From: an uncultured delta proteobacterium | Lineage (GTDB): Bacteria; Myxococcota_A; Polyangia; Polyangiales; Polyangiaceae | Direction: 5' to 3' | NCBI GenBank assembly: GCA_963782055.1 | Contig: CAWAIF010000003.1 | Span: 2,528,001 to 2,592,000, forward strand | Length of the DNA stretch: 64,000 nucleotides | Shown here: one piece after another, positions 54,693 through 64,000 of the stretch | Numbering within the stretch: the first letter of the stretch is position 1 | How the letters are laid out: every line of letters begins with the position of its first letter | The notes under the pieces: model-generated | Told to the model about the DNA's origin: nothing | The model's input: the letters and a program-made list of their open reading frames with translations, nothing else | Databases searched by the model: none | Translations under genes and position numbers: made by a program

Positions 54693-57101
54693 ATGTCCGA
54701 AAAGAAAGTGCCCCCGCGGGAAGAAGAGGTCGTGCAGTTCGGTGACGAGCTGCCCGTCCTCCCCATCCGGAACGCTGTGCTGTTCCCCGGGGCCGTGGCT
54801 CCGTTCGACGTGGGCCGGGAGAAGTCGGTCGCCCTCGTCGAAGACGTCGACAGCCTGCCGTCCCCGGTCATCGCCATCTTCGCCCAGAAGGACCCGTCCA
54901 CCGACGACCCGGGCATGGATGATCTGCACGTCGTCGGCTGCGCGGCCCGCGTCCTCAAGGCGCTCAAGCACAGCTCCGGCAACTACTCGCTCATCCTTCA
55001 GGGCCTGACGCGCATCCGCCTGGAGGACGTGAGCCAGAGCGCCCCGTACCTCAAGGCCAAGGTGCGCCGCCTGGAAGAGGCGGGCGTCGAGGACGACGAG
55101 GCCGAGGCCCTGAGCATGAGCCTGCGCGACATCGCCAAGCAGGTCATCCAGCTCATGCCCGAGCTCCCGCGCGAGGCGGGCTCCCTCATCGACTCCATCC
55201 AGGCGCCCGGCGCCCTGGCGGACCTGGTGGCCGCCAACCTGGACGCCCCGGTGGAGGAGAAGGCCGGCCTGCTCGAGACGGTGGACGTGAAGGAGCGCAT
55301 CCGCAAGGTGCTGCGCCTGCTCACCCGCCAGCTGGAGATCCTCAAGATGCGCGAGCGCATCAACTCCCAGATCAAGGAGGAGATGGGCAAAAACCAGCGC
55401 GAGTACGTCCTGCGGCAGCAGCTCAAGGCCATCAAGGAGGAGCTCGGCGAGGATGACGGCGACCAGGGCGACCTGGACGGCCTGGAGGATCGCATCGCCA
55501 AGGCCAACCTCCCCAACGAGGCGGAGACGGTCGCGAAGAAGCAGATCAAGCGCCTGCGCAACATGCAGGTGGGCTCGGCGGAGTACACCGTCGTGCGCAC
55601 CTACCTGGACTGGATCCTGGATCTGCCCTGGCACACCCAGACGCCGGACAACCTGGAGATCGCCGCGGTGCGCAAGGTCCTGGACGAGGACCACTACGGC
55701 CTGGAGAAGGTCAAGAAGCGCATCCTGGAGTACCTGGCCGTCCGCAAGCTGAAGAAGGACAAGAAGGGTCCCATCCTCTGTCTGATCGGCCCGCCCGGCG
55801 TCGGCAAGACGTCGCTCGGCCGGAGCATCGCGCGGTCGCTGGGGCGCAAGTTCCACCGCATCTCCCTCGGTGGCGTGCACGACGAGGCGGCCATCCGTGG
55901 CCACCGGCGCACCTACGTGGGCGCGCTCCCCGGCCAGATCATCCAGGGCATGAAGAAGGTGGGCACCATCAACCCCGTCTTCATGCTCGACGAGGTCGAC
56001 AAGATCGGCCACGACTTCCGCGGCGATCCCGCGGCCGCCCTGCTGGAGGTGCTCGACCCGGAGCAGAACTTCAGCTTCGCCGACCACTACCTGGAGATCC
56101 CGTACGATCTCTCCAACGTCATGTTCGTCGCCACGGCGAACATCGCCGACCCCATCCCCGCCCCCCTGCGCGACCGCATGGAGATCCTGGAGATCCCCGG
56201 CTACACGCGCAACGAGAAGCTCGCCATCGCGCGGCAGCACCTCATCCCCAAGCAGATCGAGGAGCACGGCATCGCGAAGGACCAGCTCGTCATCGCAGAC
56301 GAGGCGGTGGACACCATCATCGACTACTACACGCGAGAGGCCGGCGTCCGCACGCTGGAGCGGCAGATCGCCAGCGTCATCCGCGGCGTCGCCGTCAAGA
56401 TCGCCGAGGGCGACAACTCCCCCCGCAAGATCGAGACGGAGGACCAGATCCGCGAGTTCCTCGGGCCGCAGCGCTTCACCTCCGAGGTCGCCGAGCGCAC
56501 CGAGGAGCCCGGCGTCGCCACAGGCCTCGCCTGGACGAGCGTCGGCGGCGAGATCCTCTTCATCGAGGCGACCCGCATGTTCGGCTCCGGCAAGCTGCAG
56601 CTCACCGGGCAGCTCGGGGACGTGATGAAGGAGTCCGCTCAGGCCGCCCTCTCCTACGTGCGCACCAACGCCGAGCGCCTCGGCATCGCGCGCGACTTCC
56701 TGGAGAAGAGCGACATCCACATCCACATCCCGGCGGGCGCCATGCCCAAGGACGGCCCCTCCGCCGGCGTGACGATGTTCACCGCGCTCGTCTCGATGCT
56801 CACCGGCATCCGCATCCGCCACGACGTGGCGATGACCGGCGAGATCACCCTGCGTGGCCGCGTGCTGCCCATCGGCGGTCTCAAGGAGAAGGTGCTCGCC
56901 GCGCACCGCGCGGGCATCAAGCGGGTCATCGTGCCCGAGCGCAACAAGGCCGACCTCGACGAGGTCCCGGCCGAGGTGAAAAACGACCTGGAGTTCGTCT
57001 TCGTCGCCAAGATGGAGCAGGTGCTCGAGGCCGCGCTGGAGGAGATGCCGAAGCCGCGTCCGGAGGAGAAGAAGGAAGCGGCCCCCCCTCCCACCAACTA
57101 G
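54693..57101 (+). CDS. lon: ATP-dependent protease La
   Basis: GPPGVGKTS, DEVDK, PKDGPSAG, IGGLKEK. Confidence 0.97.
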   Translation: MSEKKVPPREEEVVQFGDELPVLPIRNAVLFPGAVAPFDVGREKSVALVEDVDSLPSPVIAIFAQKDPSTDDPGMDDLHVVGCAARVLKALKHSSGNYSLILQGLTRIRLEDVSQSAPYLKAKVRRLEEAGVEDDEAEALSMSLRDIAKQVIQLMPELPREAGSLIDSIQAPGALADLVAANLDAPVEEKAGLLETVDVKERIRKVLRLLTRQLEILKMRERINSQIKEEMGKNQREYVLRQQLKAIKEELGEDDGDQGDLDGLEDRIAKANLPNEAETVAKKQIKRLRNMQVGSAEYTVVRTYLDWILDLPWHTQTPDNLEIAAVRKVLDEDHYGLEKVKKRILEYLAVRKLKKDKKGPILCLIGPPGVGKTSLGRSIARSLGRKFHRISLGGVHDEAAIRGHRRTYVGALPGQIIQGMKKVGTINPVFMLDEVDKIGHDFRGDPAAALLEVLDPEQNFSFADHYLEIPYDLSNVMFVATANIADPIPAPLRDRMEILEIPGYTRNEKLAIARQHLIPKQIEEHGIAKDQLVIADEAVDTIIDYYTREAGVRTLERQIASVIRGVAVKIAEGDNSPRKIETEDQIREFLGPQRFTSEVAERTEEPGVATGLAWTSVGGEILFIEATRMFGSGKLQLTGQLGDVMKESAQAALSYVRTNAERLGIARDFLEKSDIHIHIPAGAMPKDGPSAGVTMFTALVSMLTGIRIRHDVAMTGEITLRGRVLPIGGLKEKVLAAHRAGIKRVIVPERNKADLDEVPAEVKNDLEFVFVAKMEQVLEAALEEMPKPRPEEKKEAAPPPTN

Positions 57102-57137
57102 CGCGGGAGAAGAGGGGTGGGTTGTGGCGTGGGGCCA

Positions 57138-58643
57138 TCATCTTGTGCGGCGGCGGATGACGCTGTGCGAGTAGCCGTACGAGAAGTAGACGACCAGGCC
57201 GATCGCCAGCCACACGACGAGCCTGAGCCAGTTGGAGAGCTCCAGGCCGGCGATGAGCGCCACGCACGCCAGCGCCGAGAGGATGGGCGTGACGGGGAAG
57301 AAGGGGACCTTGAAGGGCCGCAGGCGGTTGGGGTAGCGCAGGCGCAGGACGATCACGCCCAGCGAGACCAGGATGAAGGCGAAGAGGGTGCCGATGTTGG
57401 TGAGGCCGATCGCCTGGTCCGGGGTGAGCACCGAGCACCCGATCGCCACGACCAGCCCGGTGAGCCACGTGGAGACGTGCGGGGTCTGGAAGCGCGGGTG
57501 GATGCGGCTGAAGACCTGAGGCAGCAGGCCGTCGCGCGCCATGACCATGAAGATGCGCGTCTGGCCGAGCTGGAAGACGAGGAGCACCGCCGTCATCGCG
57601 ACCACGGCCCCGAAGCCGAAGATGGTCGCGAAGTTCTGGTAGCCCATGTACTCCATGGCCTTCGCGAGCGGGTCGTTGGTCGTCATCTGACTCATCGGGA
57701 CGACGCCGGTGAGCACCGCCGCCGTGAGGATGTAGAGCACCGTGCAGACCACGAGCGAGGCGATGAGGCCGCGCGGCATGTCGCGCTGCGGGTTCTTGCA
57801 CTCCTCGCCCGCCGTGGAGACCGCGTCGAAGCCGATGTAGCTGAAGAAGCCGAGCGCCGCGCCCTGCCAGATGCCCTTGAAGCCGTTGGGCGCGAAGGGG
57901 TGCCAGTGCGTCTCGCCGCGGTGCAGGATGGTGCGGAAGCCCAGGGCGATGAAGATGCCCACCAGCGTCAGCTTGAGGATGACCATGACGGCGTTGACGC
58001 GCGCGCTCTCCCGGATGCCGACGAAGAGCAGCACCGTGAGGAGCATGGTGATGCCGAAGGCCGGCAAGTTGAAGGCGACGACGTGACCGGCCACGTGGGG
58101 GAACCACACGCCCGCGTTCTCCGGCGCGCGCGCCATCGCGGTCGCCGTCTGCACGTCCTTGGTGAGCCACAGCGGGAGCTGCCAGCCGAGCAGGCCGTGG
58201 AGGAAGGTCTGGAAGTAGTCGCCCCAGCTCTGCGCCACGTAGATGTTGCCGATCGCGTACTCGATGATGAGGTCCCAGCCGATGATCCACGCCACCAGCT
58301 CGCCGAAGGCCGCGTAGGAGTAGGAGTACGCGCTGCCGGAGACCGGCACCATCGCCGCGACCTCCGCGTAACAGAGCGCCGCGAGGCCGCACGCGACGGC
58401 CGTCAGCACGTAGGAGATGATCACGGCGGGGCCGGCGCCGTGCATCATCAGGTGGCCTTCGGCGTCGAAGCGCCCGACAATCATCTCCTTGATGCTCGAG
58501 AAGAGGCCCGCGCCGATGATGGCGCCGATGCCCAGGAGGGTGAGGTCCAGCGCGGTCAAAGAGCGCCGCAGCCCGTGACCCTCGGGGGCGGGCTCACCGT
58601 CCTCCTCCACGTGCTTTCGAAGAAAGAGCGACCGGAAGTCCAT
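57138..58643 (-). CDS. APC-family amino acid permease
   Basis: GIGAIIGAG, GSAYSY, GFDAVST, RDGLLP. Confidence 0.9.
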   Translation of the reverse strand: MDFRSLFLRKHVEEDGEPAPEGHGLRRSLTALDLTLLGIGAIIGAGLFSSIKEMIVGRFDAEGHLMMHGAGPAVIISYVLTAVACGLAALCYAEVAAMVPVSGSAYSYSYAAFGELVAWIIGWDLIIEYAIGNIYVAQSWGDYFQTFLHGLLGWQLPLWLTKDVQTATAMARAPENAGVWFPHVAGHVVAFNLPAFGITMLLTVLLFVGIRESARVNAVMVILKLTLVGIFIALGFRTILHRGETHWHPFAPNGFKGIWQGAALGFFSYIGFDAVSTAGEECKNPQRDMPRGLIASLVVCTVLYILTAAVLTGVVPMSQMTTNDPLAKAMEYMGYQNFATIFGFGAVVAMTAVLLVFQLGQTRIFMVMARDGLLPQVFSRIHPRFQTPHVSTWLTGLVVAIGCSVLTPDQAIGLTNIGTLFAFILVSLGVIVLRLRYPNRLRPFKVPFFPVTPILSALACVALIAGLELSNWLRLVVWLAIGLVVYFSYGYSHSVIRRRTR

Positions 58644-58684
58644 CGGATGGGCAGCATACCCGGCGTGCTAACCTCGCGTCCCCC

Positions 58685-59971
58685 ATGACGAAGCCGGTGC
58701 GTATCGGTCTCCTCGGGTGCGGTGTCGTCGGCGGCGGCGTGGTGCGCCTGCTCACCGACAACGCCCGCTATCTCGCCGAGCGCGTGGGCGCGCCGCTGGA
58801 GATCGCGCGCGTGCTGGTGCGCGATCCGGACAAGGAGCGCGTCCTCGAGCTGGACCGCGCGCTGGTCACCACCTTGCCGGAGGTGCTGCTCGACGACCCC
58901 GACATCGACGTGGTCGTCGAGACGATGGGCGGCCTGGACCCGGCGCGCGAGTACGTCGAGCGCGCCATCGAGAACAAGCGCGGCGTGGTGACGGCCAACA
59001 AGATGCTCCTCGCGATGCACGGCCCTGCGCTGGTGGACCGCGCGATCATGGCCGGCGTGGACATCGCCTTCGAGGCCTCGGTCGGCGGCGGCATCCCCAT
59101 CATCCGCACCCTGCGCGAGGCCTTCGCCAGCGACTGGGTGACCTCCCTCGCCGGCATCGTCAACGGGACGTGCAACTACGTGCTGTCCCGCATGCACGAG
59201 GACGGCCTGGACTTCGACGCCGCCGTGAAGGAGGCCCAGCGCCACGGCTACGCCGAGGCGGACCCCGAGCTGGACGTGGGCGGCCACGACGCCGCGCACA
59301 AGCTGGTCGTGCTGGCGATGCTCGCCTTCGGCGCGCGCGTGGACTCCGCCAGGGTACCGACGGAGGGCATCCGGGAGATCGAGCCGGTGGATCACCGGTT
59401 CGCCGCGCGCTTCGGCTACGCCATCAAGCACCTGGCGATAGGCCGCGACCGCGACGGGGAGGTGGAGCTCCGCGTGCACCCCGCGCTGGTGCGCAAGGAC
59501 ACGCCCCTGGCCAACGTGGGCGGCGTGCTCAACGCCATCGCGCTGGAGGGCCGCGCCCTGGGGCCGTGCCTGCTCTCCGGCCGCGGCGCCGGGGAGATGC
59601 CGACGGCCGTCAGCGTGGTGGCCGACGTGCTGGACGTGGCGCGCGCGCTGCGCAGCGGCGTGCCCGGCCTGATGACCCGCGGCATCCAGTTGCAGGCGCG
59701 CGCCGTGGCGCCCCTCGCCCGCGTCCGGACGCGCTACTACCTGCGCTTCACCGCGCACAATCACGCGGGCGTGCTCGCGCGCATCGCCGCGGCGCTCGGC
59801 GACGCGGGCGTCACCGTCGAGCAGATGGTCCAGGAGGAACGCGAGCCGGGCGTCGCGCAGATCGTGATGACCACCCACGAGGCCACCGAGAAGGACATGG
59901 ACGCCGCCCTCGCCGCGCTCGCGGGGCAGAGCTTCGTCGTGCGCCCGACGCGCCGCATCCGCATCCACTGA
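58685..59971 (+). CDS. hom: Homoserine dehydrogenase with ACT domain
   Basis: GCGVVGGG, VTANK, EASVGGGIP, NGTCNY, GYAEADP. Confidence 0.95.
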   Translation: MTKPVRIGLLGCGVVGGGVVRLLTDNARYLAERVGAPLEIARVLVRDPDKERVLELDRALVTTLPEVLLDDPDIDVVVETMGGLDPAREYVERAIENKRGVVTANKMLLAMHGPALVDRAIMAGVDIAFEASVGGGIPIIRTLREAFASDWVTSLAGIVNGTCNYVLSRMHEDGLDFDAAVKEAQRHGYAEADPELDVGGHDAAHKLVVLAMLAFGARVDSARVPTEGIREIEPVDHRFAARFGYAIKHLAIGRDRDGEVELRVHPALVRKDTPLANVGGVLNAIALEGRALGPCLLSGRGAGEMPTAVSVVADVLDVARALRSGVPGLMTRGIQLQARAVAPLARVRTRYYLRFTAHNHAGVLARIAAALGDAGVTVEQMVQEEREPGVAQIVMTTHEATEKDMDAALAALAGQSFVVRPTRRIRIH

Positions 59972-60264
59972 CCGTCCACGGCGAGCGGCGCGCCGCGGTG
60001 CCGGCTCCGAGCGCGCTGGCGCCGGCTCCGGTCGTTCCGGAGCGGCTCGGCGTGGGTCTCGTAGAGCAGGCAAATCCCTCGCGGGTGACCTGCCACGCGC
60101 CCGCGCCCGGCCAGCGCTTCCACGGCCTCGTCGCGGCGCTCTCGCCGGTGCTCGACCCGCGAACATGGGACGTCGGCCGCGTCGTGACCTCGCCTTCGCA
60201 CGGACCGAGCTCCGGTGGCGCGTGGCGTAGACGTTCCTCGGCGACCCACCGTGGCGGCGCGCCC

Positions 60265-62511
60265 TCAGCTCCAGAGCTCGGCCACGCGTGCCGCCACCGC
60301 GGCGCGTGCCTCGGCGAAGCGCGGATCGTCGCGGATGCTCGCCAGCGCGGGGCACCGGTCCATCCAGAGCAGGTCGGTCTGCGGGATCCGCGTGAACGCC
60401 TCGACGTACGAGAGCGCGCGCTCCGGCTCGCCCAGGGCGGCGTACAGCTCCGCGCCAATCTCGTGCATCATGCAACGATGTCGCGGGGCGACGTCTGGCT
60501 GCACCGTCCAGGCCAGCATGTCGCCCGCCATCGGCGGCAGCTCGCCCTGGACGAAGGCGCGCATGAGCGCGGCGATGCCGTCCCACGCCGCGCCGGCACT
60601 CGCCTGCGTCACCACCTCGGCGATGCGCGCCGCGTCCTCACAATCCTCCAGCCAGATCGCCAGCCGGGAGTCCAGGACCGCGGTGGACAGCGGGCCGGCG
60701 CGCTCGCGTGCCCGCCGCAGGATCTGGCGGGCGGTGTCCACCTCCCCGAGCAGCGCCGCGACTCGCGCGCGCTGGAACGCGATCGTGATCTGCGTGGGGT
60801 CCAGCCGCTCCGCCAGGTCCAGTCGCCGCCGGCCCTCGGCGAGGTGCAGCGACTCGCAGAGGAGCTGGCCCAGCGTCTGGTGGGCCTCCGCGTAGTAGGG
60901 CGCCTGGCGAAGGCACTCCTCCTCCGCGCGCAGGAACGCTCCGAGCTCGCCCGACGCCAGCCGGATGAGGGCCACCACGTGGAGTGCGTCGGCGACGGCA
61001 GGGTCCGCCGCGAGGGCGCGGAGCGCGAGCTCCTCCGCGCGGGAGACCATCGCGGCGTCCCGCGCGCCCATCTGCGCCCAGGCCTCGATCAGCATGCGCG
61101 CGAGCAGGCCGCGCACGCGCGGATCGCCGGGCGCCCGGGCCTCGATGTCCTCGAGCAGCGTCATCCCGCGCCGGATGTCGGGCAGCGAGAATCGCGCGAA
61201 GGCCGCGCGCGCCTGCTCGTACGGCTCGCGCAGGGCGGGGTCGGCGGGGACCGGCACCCGCGCGGTGCGCGCCCGCACCGCCTCGAGCACGGCCTCCACC
61301 ACGCGGTCCTCCAGGTCCAGCGTGTCCGACGCGGCCGCGTCGACGTGCCCGGCCCACACCGGCGCCGCCTTGCGCGCCTCCACCAGCCTGAGCCGCGCGC
61401 GCACGCGTTCCTTCGAGGTGTGCAGCGAGCCCTGGACCGCCATGTCCGCGCTCGCGCCGCCCAGCAGAACCTGCCCCACGCGCGCCTCGGTGAGGCCGCC
61501 CTCGATGGCGCCCTCCAGCATCCGCGCGAGCGGCGCGGACGCCTGGTCGGCGGCGAGCTTCTCGACGGCCACGGTGCGCGGCTGCGCCCACGCGGTGAGC
61601 GACTCCTGCGAGAGCGAGGGCAGCTTCGGCCCCGTCCGACCTTCGCGCGGGGCGTTGCCGCGCAGCGCCTCCACGCGGTCCAGGACGGTCTGCGCGTCGG
61701 GGCGGTCCTCCCGCCGGCGCGCGAGCATGTCGTCGACGAGGCTCGCCACCGACTCCGGCAGCGCGGCGTCGACGTGACGCACGCTGGGTGGGTCCGCCGT
61801 GAGACGCTGCGCGGCGATCGCGATCGCCGAGTCGCCCTGGAACGGCAGGCCCCCGGTCAGCAGCTCGAAGAGCATGGTCCCGAGCGCGTAGACGTCGGTG
61901 CGCCCGTCCACCGCGCGGCTCTCCAGCTGCTCCGGCGCCATGTACGCCGGCGTCCCGACAATCGTCCCGGTGCGCAGCGCGTCGGCGACGCCGTCGGCCG
62001 CGCGCGCGATGCCGAAGTCGGTGATGACCACGCGGTCCTCCGAGAGCATCACGTTCTCCGGCTTGAGATCGCGGTGGACCACGCCCGCGCCGTGCGCGGC
62101 CGCCAGCCCGCGAGCGATCTCCGCCGCGAGCCGGAGGGTCTCAGGGAGCGACGCCCGGCTCCGGCCGAAGTGCGCGGCAAGGGACTGCCCCACGATGAGC
62201 TCCATCGTGAGGAATCGCAGTCCCTCGTGCACGCCGAGGTCGAAGGTGCGCGCCACGTTGCGGTGGGTGACCCGCCGGGCGAGCTTCACCTCCCGCAGGA
62301 AGCGCGAGAGGGCGGCGGGGTCGGTGGCCGCCTCGGCGTGCAGCACCTTGAGCGCCACGTCCTCGTCCAGTTCGCCGTCGTGGGCGCAGAAGACGGTGCC
62401 CATGCCGCCCTCGCCGAGCAAGGCGCGCAGCTCGTAGCGATCGGCGAGGACGGAGCCCAGCCCGAACGGGAGGGCCTGCGTCACGGCGAGCGCTGCGCGG
62501 GTATCGGTCAT
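60265..62511 (-). CDS. Ser/Thr protein kinase with TPR-like C-terminus
   Basis: [26 protein letters not shown]. Confidence 0.9.
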   Translation of the reverse strand: MTDTRAALAVTQALPFGLGSVLADRYELRALLGEGGMGTVFCAHDGELDEDVALKVLHAEAATDPAALSRFLREVKLARRVTHRNVARTFDLGVHEGLRFLTMELIVGQSLAAHFGRSRASLPETLRLAAEIARGLAAAHGAGVVHRDLKPENVMLSEDRVVITDFGIARAADGVADALRTGTIVGTPAYMAPEQLESRAVDGRTDVYALGTMLFELLTGGLPFQGDSAIAIAAQRLTADPPSVRHVDAALPESVASLVDDMLARRREDRPDAQTVLDRVEALRGNAPREGRTGPKLPSLSQESLTAWAQPRTVAVEKLAADQASAPLARMLEGAIEGGLTEARVGQVLLGGASADMAVQGSLHTSKERVRARLRLVEARKAAPVWAGHVDAAASDTLDLEDRVVEAVLEAVRARTARVPVPADPALREPYEQARAAFARFSLPDIRRGMTLLEDIEARAPGDPRVRGLLARMLIEAWAQMGARDAAMVSRAEELALRALAADPAVADALHVVALIRLASGELGAFLRAEEECLRQAPYYAEAHQTLGQLLCESLHLAEGRRRLDLAERLDPTQITIAFQRARVAALLGEVDTARQILRRARERAGPLSTAVLDSRLAIWLEDCEDAARIAEVVTQASAGAAWDGIAALMRAFVQGELPPMAGDMLAWTVQPDVAPRHRCMMHEIGAELYAALGEPERALSYVEAFTRIPQTDLLWMDRCPALASIRDDPRFAEARAAVAARVAELWS

Positions 62512-62662
62512 CGCTCCGAGTGTACCCGCTGCCCAGGCTCTTCGGCGCGTCGCCGTGCAGGGCCGTCCCGAAGCAGGCCCTCGCCGCTGCGGCGTCCGGC
62601 CTGCAGGTGGAGGCTGCGCCTCCGGGACCGCCGCCGGCCAGGCCGTGCTATCGCATGTGTCC

Positions 62663-63475
62663 ATGGCAAGCGACGCACCGCTGGGGGTGTTCGACTCCGG
62701 GCTCGGCGGGCTCACCGTCGTGCGCGAGCTGCGCCGCGTGCTGCCCGCGGAGGACATCGTCTACCTCGGCGACACCGCGCGGGTGCCCTACGGCACGCGC
62801 GGGCCGGCCACGGTCGTCAAGTACGCCATGGGCTGCGCGCGCTACCTGGTGAAGCAGCGCGTGAAGGGCATCGTCATCGCGTGCAACACGGTGAGCGCCG
62901 TCGCGCCGGAGCGGCTGCGCGTCGAGCTGGATCTACCGGTCCTGCCCGTCATCGAGCCCGGGGCGCGCGCGGCCGTCGCCGCGACGCGCGCCGGTCGGGT
63001 GGGCGTGCTCGCCACCGCGGCGACGATCGCCTCGGGCGCCTACACCCGTGCCGTCGCCACCATGTCCACGCGGTGCGAGGTCGTCGGCCAGCCCGCGCCG
63101 CTGCTGGTGCCGCTCGCGGAGGAGGGGTGGACGGAAGGGGAGGTGCCGCGCCTCGCCGCGCGCCGCTACCTCGAGCCGCTCGCCCGCGCCAACGTGGACG
63201 TCATCGTGCTCGGCTGCACCCACTACCCGCTGCTGCGCGAGGTGATCGAGCACGAGGCACACGATCTCATGGGACCGGACGTGCGGATCGTCGACAGCGC
63301 GGCCGCGGTCGCCCAGGACGTCCACGCCTTCCTGCACGGCCGGGGTCTGGCGCGCGAGTCGACGGCGGCCGGGCGGCTCCACCTGGCGGTGACCGACATC
63401 CCCAAGACCTTCGCGGAGGTGGCGCGCCGCTTTTTGGGGCAGGACGCACGGGACGTGGAGCAGGTCGACCTCTAG
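62663..63475 (+). CDS. murI: Glutamate racemase
   Basis: FDSGLGGLTV, IACNT, LGCTHYP. Confidence 0.96.
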   Translation: MASDAPLGVFDSGLGGLTVVRELRRVLPAEDIVYLGDTARVPYGTRGPATVVKYAMGCARYLVKQRVKGIVIACNTVSAVAPERLRVELDLPVLPVIEPGARAAVAATRAGRVGVLATAATIASGAYTRAVATMSTRCEVVGQPAPLLVPLAEEGWTEGEVPRLAARRYLEPLARANVDVIVLGCTHYPLLREVIEHEAHDLMGPDVRIVDSAAAVAQDVHAFLHGRGLARESTAAGRLHLAVTDIPKTFAEVARRFLGQDARDVEQVDL

Positions 63476-64000
63476 CGCTGCGGCGATCGGTTCGGGACGT
63501 AGCGCACCGCGCCGTGCTCGCTCTCCACCAGATTGCCGCCCTTGCGCTCCACGCGGACCAGGCGCTGGTTGCCGTGGCGGTCGCCGCGGGGGGCCACGAG
63601 CACGCCACCCTCCGGCAGCGCATCGAGCCACTCCGACGGGATCTCGGCCACCGCGAAGGTGCACGTGATCCGGCTGGCGTCGCCCCAGAGCATGGGGCTC
63701 TCCACCGCGTCGGCGCAGAAGACGTGGACGTTGGGCAGGTCGGCGAGGAGCCGCTTCGCCGTCGCCGCGAGGTCCGCGTCGATCTCGAAGGTGCGCACGC
63801 TGCCGCGCGGGCCGACAATCGCCGCGGCGAGGGCCGCGCCGTAGCCGGTGCCGCTTCCCAGCTCCACCACGCGGTCGCCGGGTCGCAGGTCGAGCAGCCG
63901 GAAGCTGAGCAGGTAGGCGTGCGGCGCGCTGATGGTGGAGCGCCCGGCGTCGTCGAGCGGAAGCGGCCTGTCGAGGTGCGCGCTCGTGCGATCGGCGGGC
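63472..64000 (-). CDS. pcm: Protein-L-isoaspartate O-methyltransferase family (5' end outside window)
   Basis: STISAPH, VELGSGTGYGAA, VRYVP. Confidence 0.8.
   Translation of the reverse strand, partial: PADRTSAHLDRPLPLDDAGRSTISAPHAYLLSFRLLDLRPGDRVVELGSGTGYGAALAAAIVGPRGSVRTFEIDADLAATAKRLLADLPNVHVFCADAVESPMLWGDASRITCTFAVAEIPSEWLDALPEGGVLVAPRGDRHGNQRLVRVERKGGNLVESEHGAVRYVPNRSPQR

Noticed and set aside
59972..60264. Possible small gene between hom and the kinase
   Set aside because: No frame has a convincing start, motif or codon bias.

Overview
High-GC bacterial DNA whose gene content (Ser/Thr kinases, Cys-rich lipoproteins, gspC-N cluster, sigma54 regulator) points to Myxococcota, probably Polyangiales-like; this placement is inference. 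Core genes: hutU, a complete reductive pyrimidine-degradation cluster (NCS1 transporter, preTA, nitrilase-type ureidopropionase, hydA, mmsA, class III aminotransferase) interrupted by AbiE and VapBC toxin-antitoxin pairs, an NtrC-family regulator followed by a sigma54-type promoter and a full type II secretion operon, then purD, DUF1015, lon, an amino-acid permease, hom, murI and a partial pcm. Two accessory systems stand out. (1) A dispersed element built on four-helix-bundle (23S-IVS/Avd-like) genes. There are three intact copies, one copy split by an IS66, and two 3' remnants. The three intact copies each carry a conserved ~200-280 nt 5' leader with compensatory base changes, and the full-length genes sit in convergent pairs among hexamer-type tandem repeats. 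(2) Three cassettes, each a large secreted protein followed by Cys-rich lipoproteins. Two of them share a promoter/RBS leader and are out of frame at G9 or C12 tracts just after the start, the third has an in-frame TAG, and a nearby regulator carries a (GCAC)8 tract. These are candidate phase-variable loci, but sequencing error is not excluded. All calls are from motif recognition by eye; no database searches were run.
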